Shown here one piece after another: positions 53,654 through 64,000 of a stretch of 64,000 bases of DNA. Each line of letters begins with the position of its first letter. The first letter of the stretch is position 1. The DNA is from Takakia lepidozioides (taxonomy: Eukaryota; Plantae; Bryophyta): positions 23,250,001 to 23,314,000 of the forward strand of contig CM060732.1 of NCBI GenBank assembly GCA_030704615.1. The letters are read 5' to 3'. Both the position numbers and the translations under genes were made by a program. The notes beneath the pieces are model-generated. The model was not told where the DNA came from. It did no database searches and worked only from the letters and a program-made list of their open reading frames with translations.

Positions 53654-55320
53654 TAAACAGTACAAAGGTGCGAAAAGCATGGCAGAGGGGAATACATTGT
53701 TCCAGACAATTCGTGCCTGGTGGTTCTCATCTGGGGCTGCATCAGAAGACAATATGAGAGCGCTAGAAGACTGGTTGGCATTTTGGCACTTCCGATACAG
53801 ACAATGGAGAGCATGCATGACAACGGCGCGTGCATTTGAAAACTTGAAAATTTCATTGACTTTGTATCTATTTCCAATCATGTCTGTTGTGGTGGGGTGT
53901 GCCTGTCCTCTTTCTGATATATGTTTTTCCATTTTGCAGCACTTCTCAATTGAGGAGATGGCGGACATGCCCTCTTGCAATCTGGCGGAGACGGTGCACA
54001 ATGTATGGTTGCAGCAATCTGGAAAGCGGGGCCGAGATTTGTATGTGGTGACGGCAGATGATCTGATTCGAGCTCTACTGCAATAGACGAGATATCGGGA
54101 GTTCTTGCGGGGTGGTGTTGGTGACAAGGGTCCAGACAAGTCCGAGTTGATGTTGCGAGCAGCAAGAAGATCAGGGGATCCGAACAAGATTGCCAGGGTT
54201 GTCAGCATGTGTGCGAAAGGAACTCCACTGGTGTCCAGAGTTCCCCATCTGGAGGGTGAGGAGAGATTCGGGTCTTGTAAACAGAAATTGAACACCTATC
54301 TTGGGTCGGATGCGGACTCCCACAGGCCGGACAAGGACGACTTCTCCATGCCGCGTGTTCCATTTCATCAGAGGTTCGTTTCCGGCATATCCAGTGCGGA
54401 CGATCCTTTCTCACAAAGCCAAAGGCAGCCATCTCCCATAGTGAGTGAATGGGGCAGGAGGCGAACGTGCTCCCCCCTGTGTGGAGTCCATGTGCCCCGA
54501 CGAAGTCTGGCACATAGAACGCACCACTGCTGGGTCTCGAGTGAAATGCACGGCAATCAGAGCAACCAATCGTGAGAAATGCAAGTCCTCCATATCCAGA
54601 GGCAAGGTCCGCACTCCGGCTCCGACCTTCACTGGTTTGTTCACGCCTTACTGGCAAGCCGAGGCGAAGAACCACAAATTCTGGTTCTGCCCTGACGACT
54701 GTGGCAGGTGCATGCATGGGACTGTGCGACCATCGGTTGTCATGAAGCCTCCTCCACCAAGCGTTTGGCCTGTGAAGGTGGGGACACATCTCACAACTCA
54801 CGAGATTGCCATGCTGGAGGAGGCAGACTTCTCCCTTCAACGAGCCCTTTCTGTACATGCAAGTGCGTCTACTTCAGCAAGTTCTGGAGTGCCACCACCA
54901 AACGCTGATGCATGGCCAACAAAACGAAATGGGAAGCTGGTTCGTTGTTTCCCTCCGACTGCCGAGCGTTTCGGCAAGGTCGAATCCGCTCGAATGCTTC
55001 AAGGTCGTGTTACAGGCACTACGGAAGTTCCACATCCCGGGTATGGACGAATCTACACTATGATGACCTCCACATCCGCTATGCACGACCGGTTGTACGA
55101 CATCACAGTTTCAAATTTCCCCAACTGCACCTGTCCAAATTTTGTTGGCATGCTTACAACAAGTTTGGGAAAGACAGACAAATTCTACCCTGCAAGCATC
55201 TGTATTTTTATCTTCTTGAGCAGAATGGTATGTGATCCCAGACGCGACATCTTCATTCACTAGGCCACCATGAGTTTCAACGAGGTGAATACACTTATGC
55301 AACGGGATAGGAGCACATAA
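53654..55320 (+). pseudogene. Copy-2 MULE transposase, 3' part (through SWIM)
   Basis: KQYKGAKS...IRAWWFS, DMPSCNLAETVHN, HKFWFCPDD, NCTCPNF. Stops at 54084 and 55261, plus frameshifts. Confidence 0.9.
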
Positions 55321-57499
55321 CATCCTCTTCACTTTGGTCATCTGCAAATTCCATTACTGGATTTCACAAGAGTTGAAACTTGAACTTGATGTCCCTTCAT
55401 ATATTTGATGCCAATGCAGCCTCCAATTATGTTGTGCAATGTGTGCCATTTCTTTCTTGTGTATAGTCGTTCGAAAATAAATGGAATGGATGCAAATGCT
55501 TTCACAAGTCGTTCCTGCATTTTAATTTCTGGTGTTTTGCATGAGTGAATGCCACGGCTATAGGTGCTACATGTTTATGATGACATGGCATCTGGCAAGT
55601 TGTCCAGATGCCACGTTATTCTGACGACTGCCACGTCAGCCGGATAATGACACGTCAGCAGGCCCACGCCACGTCAGCCTCACGCTCACGCCACGTCAGT
55701 GCGATCCCCCGCTCACGTCACATTAGCTGGCTCACGCCACATCACCTCCGCTCCCGCTCCCGCTCCCGAATTCTGGTTTCAGAAAAGAAGGGTGTACAAG
55801 GCAGTTAGGTGAAAGCAAGATTCTGGTTTGGAGTGTGCTTCCAAATGGGTTTCTGTAGATGGTTGGAGTACAAAAGTTAGCAACTATTGAGAAGCATTCG
55901 AACGCGCATCATTGTCTTCATTTCCATGCCTTTCATATATGTTAGATGAACCTGAGGGTAAACTCGGGATAATCAGTCTTCATGGGACGTCCGCAATGAG
56001 GTTTGCAGATGCAACTACCCAGATTACAAGCAGAAAGGGAGGGCTGAGAACAAGGTTGGTGAGACCTAGGTAGTCCCAAGATGGTGCTTGCTTGACCTAT
56101 AAATGATTGCTTAGGTTTATCCTACATTTATGATCTCTAGCTTTTGTAAGCACTGGCACATAACAAACTCGCGGATACTGAGCTATGGGAGGAGTCAGAA
56201 CGACAATCAAGTGTTGAAACAAAGTTTGGAATTCTTGGAGTGCTGAGCCCTGGTCTGCAGAAGCCATACCTTCGACAAATATCCAAATGAGTCAATCACT
56301 GGTTTGCTTATGTTGTGAAGACCATTGCCATGACATGACAGCAGCTATGCCGCAAAATTTTACACTCCATGTACACACTCTTTCCCTCACAGACAACCAC
56401 ACTTCATCTGTGTCCATTTTAAGAACAAATAGTTTATTACTTTTTACTACTATGCACACAAACCACTCATATGTTGAACAAACATGGTCAAAACCTTACA
56501 ACACACATACGAAGTTATAAGCACAATAGTAACCATCCCTCCCAACCTAACCTGAGAATATGTTCTGCTCCATTCAACTCAGTAAACCTCACACACCATG
56601 AGTAGATAATAGATTCTTGCCTAACTTATCCAGCCTTAGTTCAATAGACTATTGTGCTTTTCACAAATTAAGGCACTAGAGAAGTATGGTCCAGAAAGAG
56701 ACAATGCATACACTGTTTCCTTCAACCTCCCCCATATACCTGGGTTAGTTGTTATTTTTATACACGTCCAACTTTGAGTGGGGATGATATAGTCGGTGAC
56801 AACCATAACACCCAACATTGCTCTACGGAGCCCCCAATAACGAATGTGGTGCTATAGTTTGTGGTGACTATAACACCTCACCTGCAGGCCACGGTCATAG
56901 ACGTTCCACCTCCTATTTCCGTGGACTGTTACCAAGATGCATGAAATCGACAGTTTTGGTTGCCGACCTCCACTTTCGAGGTGGTTCGGTGTAAGTTCGG
57001 GCGAGGATCGGGAACCTCTGCTCATGCTCATGCTCATGGATTTGCAAACCCCCTATGGAGGGCTTAGGTTTTTAGATTTTTATTTTTTCCCCTATTTCGG
57101 GAGGGCGATCAGTGCAACTACATGAGATGATTCTTTGATATGATGTCTGATGTTTGGGGAGGGGCGGAGGGGGGGGGGGGGAAAGGGGAGGGGAGAAATG
57201 GGGGGGGGGGGGGGGGGGGGGTGGTGTCTGCATACCGGGCAGAAAAGGAGGTTCAACTCCCCCTCACTTCTTGGGCATAGATAGGGGTATGCCTATGTTA
57301 TACTTTTGCATTCAAGTTCCTCATGTTTTTTGCATAGTATATATTTCCAATCAAAAGAATCACTGTATGCGTGGGGATGACCCGCCCCTTTTTGTGCCAA
57401 TTGAACATAGTTCTCAGAATTCGTTGCTAGTAGTGCGGAGCAACGCAAAGCCCTAGTAGTTCATATGGTAGATAGGGGTAGGTCCAGTGTTCAAAACCT

Positions 57500-57624
57500 G
57501 GGGTCCAAGGTATAGTTGGGGTATATGACCCTATTGGTATGTTGTACAATACCCTTGACAATGGGGTCCAAGGTATAGTCGGGGTATATGACCCCACTGG
57601 TATGTTGTACAATACCCTTGACAA
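57500..57624. repeat. Tandem duplication, 2 x ~63 bp
   Basis: GGGGTCCAAGGTATAG...TACCCTTGACAA occurs twice. Confidence 0.9.
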
Positions 57625-57626
57625 CC

Positions 57627-57700
57627 AGCATGTAGCCAAGTGGTAATGGGCACATACCACGTTGGATGTGGTTGTGGGTTCAAACCATGGTCTGGTGTGT
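57627..57700 (+). mobile_element. tRNA-derived SINE-like head
   Basis: TAGCCAAGTGGTAA (A-box-like) and GGTTCAAACC (B-box-like) at tRNA-like spacing. Confidence 0.4.
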
Positions 57701-57784
57701 CATGAAGGTGTCCACCTTTCAGGTGGAAGGTAGTAGCCCTTGTGGTGAAGTGACACCATAAATTACGCTCCCTGCGGGACGTCA

Positions 57785-57906
57785 TGCTTTTCCTTCGGGA
57801 GACACGTCATACTTTTTTTTCTTTTTTTACAATACCCTTACTCATATGCTTTTCCTTCGGGAGACGTCATACTTTTTTTTCTTTTTTTACAATACCCTTA
57901 CTCATA
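57785..57906. repeat. Tandem duplication, 2 x ~60 bp
   Basis: ATGCTTTTCCTTCGGGAGAC...CCCTTACTCATA occurs twice. Confidence 0.9.
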
Positions 57907-57959
57907 CCACATACCAGTAATAATCTGTTTCACAGTAATCGTGCCATGAGACACCGCCG

Positions 57960-58063
57960 AGGGAAGGGGGAGAATACCACACCCGTCAAGTAGAAGGATT
58001 TGACCCTGGAATCATCTGGGAGGCACTCAGTGCACTAACCAACTGAGCTACTGACTGTTGGTA
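57960..58063 (-). mobile_element. tRNA-derived SINE-like head
   Basis: Minus strand reads AGTAGCTCAGTTGGTTAGTGCAC...GGGTCAAATCC (A and B boxes). The acceptor stem is not intact. Confidence 0.5.
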
Positions 58064-61000
58064 CCATATTTCATTCTCAGAATGAGCTAAAAGGCCAGTA
58101 AGTTCTTCCCCTTTCTAATAGAAAACAACATTTTATGTTGTTTAGGGCTGTACGCGAATAAATGATTTCATCGTGTCTGTTCGTCTAACCTCTGAACAAG
58201 TGAGCACTCACATCAAGTAGCATTCAGTTGCAAGATTGATTCTCCATGCTTATCGCTAAAGTGTGATTTCAAAGCTCGGAAGTGTGAACGGACGGATTGA
58301 CCAAACGATTGTGAATCCTGATCATGACAGAAGAGAAGTTACTTAGACTATGGTATCACGACTAATTCCTTGTGTCACGCAATCAAAAACCTAGAAATTT
58401 CACATACGTGCGCATAGCAGGTTTGATGTTGCATAGACAGACGTCTCCTAGAAGCCTCACCTCCTGTTGATACAGATGTTGGCCCCTTGGGCCAAAAGAA
58501 AACAAAAAAAATGGGCCCCAGATTTGAACGTCGGTGCGGCCGTTGAGGGCGGGCCCATCACACTTCACACCTCCACGGATGACGGGTCTGGTGAGACCTC
58601 TGTACCTATAGGGCATTATCTTATTGAGGAGGGCTAGCGTGGATGCCTTGGTATGCCTAGTAATTTTCAATGTATCACACCAACATAACTTGGCAATGAC
58701 TTGATTGAGTTGCACGGCATTGTAGTGTAGGATTATATGATCACAACCTAGTTCTTAAATATTTATGAGACACACTGCTGTGATGGCACTGATGTGCTCC
58801 CATCATCGTCCAACCTTGAGAGTCAGAAGTCAGAACCTAGAACCAAGATAAAATACCAGTGACGAGAAGCAGCAGTTGTGACAAACATTAGACTTTGCAA
58901 AGAAAGTCTGGTCTTGCCAGCCCAATCCTTGAGGCTACGGCAGTTGACCTTACGCATACCCGGAGAAAGCAAAAGAACAGCATGACAATGACGACTGTAG
59001 TCTTCACGTGTGATCAACAGGGAGGAGTTTGATGACCTTTGCAGTTGGACAAAGCAGAGGTGGTGAGCCAGTTTCAGAATCCATCCTTTGTATTCTTGCT
59101 GATGGATACAGGAGCGTACAATGCAAAGAGTTATGCAAATTACCATGTGTGTCTCACGCTCTCCTGATCTTTGAGAGTCTTGAATCATGCAGAAACCGTG
59201 AGCTCATATCTGCTTGACAACTCTGATAGGTTAGTCTACGCATAAAGGATAGTGTTATGTGGAACACATACTCTGCACTCTGCTTCATTTAATGACTGTC
59301 GCTGCTGGATGCCAGATGCAGCAGTCTTTGCTGCACTGTATGGGTCAATTCGATTTGAGGTGTTGAAGCAATTTGTGAAAGCAGCGCACATAGTGGGTGA
59401 CATGCTTCTGCTTAATCTGGTGGCTGTCATTGTCAAAACCACTGTACGGTGCTTCTCTACTTTGGTTTGCATTCTATGTGGAGGCAGAGAAATGAGTCTG
59501 AGAAAGAAACAAAGATACCGTTTCTAAGTCCACAGGGTCCCCCAGGGCCCGTGGTTGTTTCCCCTTTTCCTTGCTAAATTGGAAAGCAAGAGAAAAGTAG
59601 AGGAAGTTGAAAAGTTGTATAGATGTCAAGAATGATACGCATAGAAGTAGGGAGAGTACGTTCTGCCATAAGCCCTTCAAGGTCAGTGTGTATGTTGGAA
59701 AGTTTCTTCTTTTCTCTCTTTCAGCTGAACACTGTTGCCACATTACATCCCTATGTTGAGAATTTCCTTTCTGACAAAAAATTAAATAATCTCCTCTTCT
59801 ATCTGGGACAGGATCTCTTCCCAATTCCAGAGCTACATGAAGTCCGGGATTGCCCCAATGTCAAGTCTCAGGTGAGAGGTGGGGAACTCAACTTGATTAT
59901 GATGCGTGTCTACTTTTCTTTACTATTTGCCAAGGTGTTTCTAAGTAAGCTGTCCTTTTTTCGCTGTTTTAGGAAAAGGGCTGGATTTGCACTATCATAC
60001 ATACGACCATTTTATTTTACTTGTTCTTGGGGGAGATGCCCCTTTCTCCCCTTAGCAGTGCCTGGAGTTTGTAACAAGCTAAGTAACAAATCTAAGATTA
60101 ATCTCGAGGTTGTTAGTCATAGGGAATTACAGATCAACTTCTGAATGCTAATGCAAATCCTCAAGTAGGTGAAATTCCGTGCTGCAGTGAATAATCTACC
60201 TCTCTGATTGTTTCGAGATAGCTCCCAAATGTGCTAGATAAGTACAAGTAGTACCTGGAACACTTTGTGATAGGGGGTTCAGTTTGGCATGCAACACTAT
60301 GAATTCGGTAATTCTCCCTAGGATGAAGACCTTAGCTGGTAAGAATTCTGTGAATGCACACACCTTGCTCTTCAAACCCTCCACTACAGTTACCCATGCT
60401 GAGAAGAGGGCAACTCTTATGTCTGCACTTCATTGTGAACATTTTCTGCTTCGTTAGTCTGCTGGGGTCACTGAACCTCTTTATGCTGACTTCAAGAGGC
60501 TTGAACCTGTGGCATCTTCATTTATGATTCCTGGGGTCAACACTCTCACTGTGACTATTGATAAAGGCTTGGCATGAGAAGGCTGATCAAGCATTTCAAT
60601 GAAGCTTTCCCAGTCTGTCAAGTGATAAAATAATGACATATGCAGCCCCACCTCATGCACTTCTTCTGCAGTTGAAGGTTCCTGTAAAGAACCCTCAAAA
60701 CTGAAGCTTGGTTTCCTCTAAAGAAGAGGTAATGGAAACCGAGGCTTTCCCACTCCTGTCATCACCATGGTCTTCTTCCAACTTGGCGCATTTGTAGGAC
60801 CACGTCCAGGTGCAGGTCGAGAGATTTGATGAGATTTTTTGAAGTGAAGATGCAATACTGAGCCAGTACTCCATGTGCCTGCTAAGGTCAAGGCAAAACA
60901 TGCTAACTGCAAGCCTAGAAACAGCAGTGCTCACCAGAACCTCAAAACTCCAGACAGAAGAAAAGGTTGTGTGAATGAGATGTAGCCTGTCAGTGCTTGA

Positions 61001-61980
61001 GTGCTCAATCAGAAGGACGAGTAAGTTGCCAGGGCTCCACTTCAACGCGCTTAAACCTGCTAGAAATGCAACTGCAAAGGTTCTATGATGCAGACTAACT
61101 TTTCCCTGGTGGGGTTCTAGGGCTTTAGCAGCCGCAGGTATGGAGATAGATGTGGAATTTCTTAGTTCGTATGTGGGTACACTGCTACATCTTCTGAATG
61201 CTTCAATCAGTCAGAAACTTGCAACAGTAATAATTGCTATTAGAATTGAACATACTATTAACAAATGCCGAGGAGCAAACTGACTTGAGTGTTATGTTGG
61301 TGTACACCAAGCACATGAAGCTGCTATGGGGACATAGAGAGGAAGACGTACTGATTGACAGTTCCCTTTGAGTGTTGGCTGTGCGCAGCCTTGAAGCCGT
61401 AGTTCCTATTGAATTTGAACTCTGCCAGGGGCTTTCATCCCAACAGGGTATATGAGACCGGCTGTGAGATTGTAGTAGCACTCACACACAGCAAAGGACA
61501 ATCCAATCATAGGAAATTTCAAGGTAGTGTTGAAGTCAGTTCCAGACTGCTCATTGGGAGACTATAAGTCAAATCAGTGGGTGATATTCAATAGAGAAGC
61601 TGAGAGATTCCATGAGAACAAAAGCAAAAATCCATAGCAATTCATATCTCAAATGTGGTGGAGACTCACACCACAATAATAGCAGTAAATAACAAGTCAT
61701 TTAGTTTCTTAATGCTCTCGTATCTAAGAATCTAGCATCTAAGAAAAGAAAGAGGATGGCACCGGTTAGATTGTGACCAGCATTAGTCAATTCAACATCT
61801 CAAAACCAGAATTTCACCTGTTGCGCACGTTACACTCTCAGTGACATCGTGGGTGTGAAGTGTACACTGGCATGACTTTCAATTCCAAGATTGCACGATA
61901 CTATTGCAGGAGAAAACATTGCCAGCAAAAAGTAAGTCATGGAATTCTCAGACACATAAAGGTCACCTTCGGGCCCTCTG

Positions 61981-62205
61981 TCTGCCTCTAGAAGGTGACT
62001 TGATTGCGGCATGGATCTGTGCTGAGATTGACAACCAGAGCTCATGTATGTTGAAACCTCCATCTGAGCATCCAAAAGACAATTCAAGGTGCAACACCTA
62101 TACAAGTAAAAATAGGTGAAAGGAAAAACTGCTCCTAACAAAGACCACTACTTTGCACGGATGTGTCCAGAGTCAGGTCCTTGTCGATGATGTTCTCAAC
62201 TAAAC
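61981..62205 (-). pseudogene. Chimeric duplicated fragments of the ASH-repeat gene
   Basis: 61981-62158 aligns to 10390-10575 (exon plus intron) and is joined to 62159-62205, which aligns to 7607-7659. Confidence 0.9.
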
Positions 62206-63137
62206 TTTGTTGTTCTCAACTGAGTTCTACCTCTTTCAACTTGTACACTTGTAATTGCCATCCACACCAGAAGAACTCTACCAAATCAAACCTACATCAA
62301 CAGATTGTGTTCCTATGGAAGACCATGAGCACGACCACAATTCCATAAATACTACTAGTATTGTTGGCATGAACTCGAACTCTATGCACAAATCATTGCT
62401 CGAAGAGCATTCCTTAAAACAACACACCAAGAAAACTAGTGTTGAGTGCTTCGTGCATCTCAATCCCGAAGATGTCATCAACAAGGGCACACCACTCGAG
62501 AGGAGTCACCAGAAATCTTCCTCTGGGCCGCCTTTAACTTATACATGAAATGGAAAGTATCTGTCAGCAGCTGCTTCTTGGGCAAATCCTCTTCTTGTGC
62601 AAATCCTCCTAGGCTCTTCCCAATCCATGCCAGGCCGCCTCCCAAGGCACCTGCAGAGTAGTTTGAAGAGCATATGAGCTCAGTCCAGCTGCCCTCCTCC
62701 TGAGTCCTCCGCCTTGGTGGGGCACTGCATACAGGTCAGTGGACACTTGGACGTTAGGCTTGTGTTGATTCAATTGGATGAGACATCAGCCCTGGCTTTT
62801 TAGCCCAAAATAACCGTCTGGTAATATTTCGGCCACGGGATTACGTCCTTGGAGGTAATACCATGCTTTCACAGTAACTCCTGCCTGGTGCCTGTTAGGG
62901 TTGGAAGATGTAGTACGAGGAATGTGTGCTGTTTGAGGGACAAGAATGTTGTGTGCAATCAAGCACTCGTGTGCAGAATGATGTTTAGAAGAGGCATGAG
63001 AAAGATATGGACGATTTGGGATTGAGAGTGAAGAGGTTGGATGCAGAGAATGTTGGGGGTAGTTGAATGCATCTTGGAAATCTGAGCCCTCGGAGCGGTA
63101 GCAGGTCTGTGAGGTAAGGAGGTGTCAAGGTGTGAAG

Positions 63138-63717
63138 ATGGGGGTCACTGTGGTGAACGGAGTGGAGAGCATGGCAGAGGAGCATTGGGCAAGAGTGGTG
63201 GTTCCCAACGTGTTGCATCTTGTGAGTGCGCACCTGTCACAGCGTGATGTGTGTGCCTTGCTGTGTGTGAGCGCCTCCTGTAATCATCTTCTCTCCTCCC
63301 ACACGCCTCTCTGGAAGGTACGTTCTTCGGAAGGCTTATCCCCTGTCCTGTCGGCGGAATGAAAAGTATAAAAGCTTGAATGTTGCTGTATTGGTGGTCT
63401 AAAGCTAGGAAGTAGCGTCCCAACGGTCTCTGCCACTACCTGCAGGATTTATTTCACGACGCTGCATTTCATGGCTGCTCATGATTCCTCCTGCGCATGG
63501 AGAAATTTATATGCTATGATTTCAAATTTAAAGCTCGGTGTTTTTAGCTCCCATCCCTGTCAAAGCGAATGCTACGAAATGACGATTTCTCGCATCCATG
63601 CTATCGATACCGAAGCTCAACCATAGTTGGTGACTGGATTTGTATCTTTGCAAGCAGGTTCTGGATTTGCAAGGTAGGACCAACGCAGGTGAACGGTTGG
63701 TGGCAGCTCTTTCACTG
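63138..63717 (+). CDS. F-box (LRR-type) protein resembling Arabidopsis At3g58530; first two exons (63138-63317, 63658-63717), probably continuing beyond the window
   Basis: EEHWARVVVPNVLHLVSAHLSQRDVCALLCVS...PLWK | VLDLQGRTNAGERLVAALSL, with a GT-AG intron in phase 0. The start could instead be ATG 63171. Confidence 0.8.
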
Positions 63718-64000
63718 GTATGGCCCTATGTAAACGTGTCATTTCCATGCTCCACTGCAATGGCGCTGCACTATAAGAATCTCTCTTGGAGTTTTTGGAT
63801 TGACGGGGATCAGAAATACAAGGCCTTAAGGCAGTTAATTACCCTTGAGATGCAGCTCGACATCCACAGTCTGCCTTGGTTGGTATCCTGCGACTTACTA
63901 TCACTAATCTTCCCATCCCCTGAACTAGGAATATCACCCACATTGCATGGAAAACTGTCTTTTGATGATGCTATCTGGGAATTTCAGCCACGATACAAGA

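Larger units (their letters stand above)
31201..55767. mobile_element. Older, decayed Mutator-like element (copy 2) of the ParB-MTase family, apparently interrupted by copy 1
   Basis: Terminal regions 31201-31372 and 55552-55767 share inverted motifs ((GAGCGK)n ends; ATGCCAYGTCAT...CCTATARCCGYGG), and both are rich in GCCACGTCA. Contains homologues of both copy-1 genes. No TSD found, so pairing of these two ends is inferred. Confidence 0.55.

Noticed and set aside
57155-57225. Gly-rich ORF / G-quadruplex feature
   Set aside because: A simple poly-G tract of unreliable length with no further support.

Overview
Eukaryotic nuclear DNA, probably from a non-seed land plant (spliceosomal GT-AG introns, PLS-type PPR sequence, an F-box gene resembling At3g58530). 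Left to right: a large multi-exon ASH/Hydin-like Ig-fold gene (minus strand, running off the left edge) with an intronic LINE fragment; a decayed Helitron (DUF6570-like, HUH Rep, PIF1 helicase, C48 protease) next to a 4x260-bp tandem repeat; a mosaic of gene fragments (PPR pseudogene, NSN1/GNL3 exon, OSB-like motif); and a 1.4-kb foldback made of palindromic units. The main finding is a ~15.3-kb Mutator-superfamily transposon (31446-46706), bounded by imperfect TIRs and an 11-bp direct repeat TGTGGGCGACG that I interpret as the TSD. It carries two divergent genes. One is an apparently intact GCM-like/DDE/SWIM transposase. The other is a 9-exon gene fusing a ParB/Srx-like domain to a prokaryote-type beta-class N4C/N6A DNA methyltransferase domain. 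Between them lie ~44 tandem 116-bp units, each with a 40-bp palindrome. This element appears nested in the left end of an older, diverged relative (about 31201-55767) that has the same two genes, now decayed and internally permuted, and an amplified RPL32 fragment. The right end holds tRNA-derived SINE-like heads, duplicated fragments of the left-hand host gene and the start of an F-box gene. All domain calls come from motif recognition by eye, not database searches.
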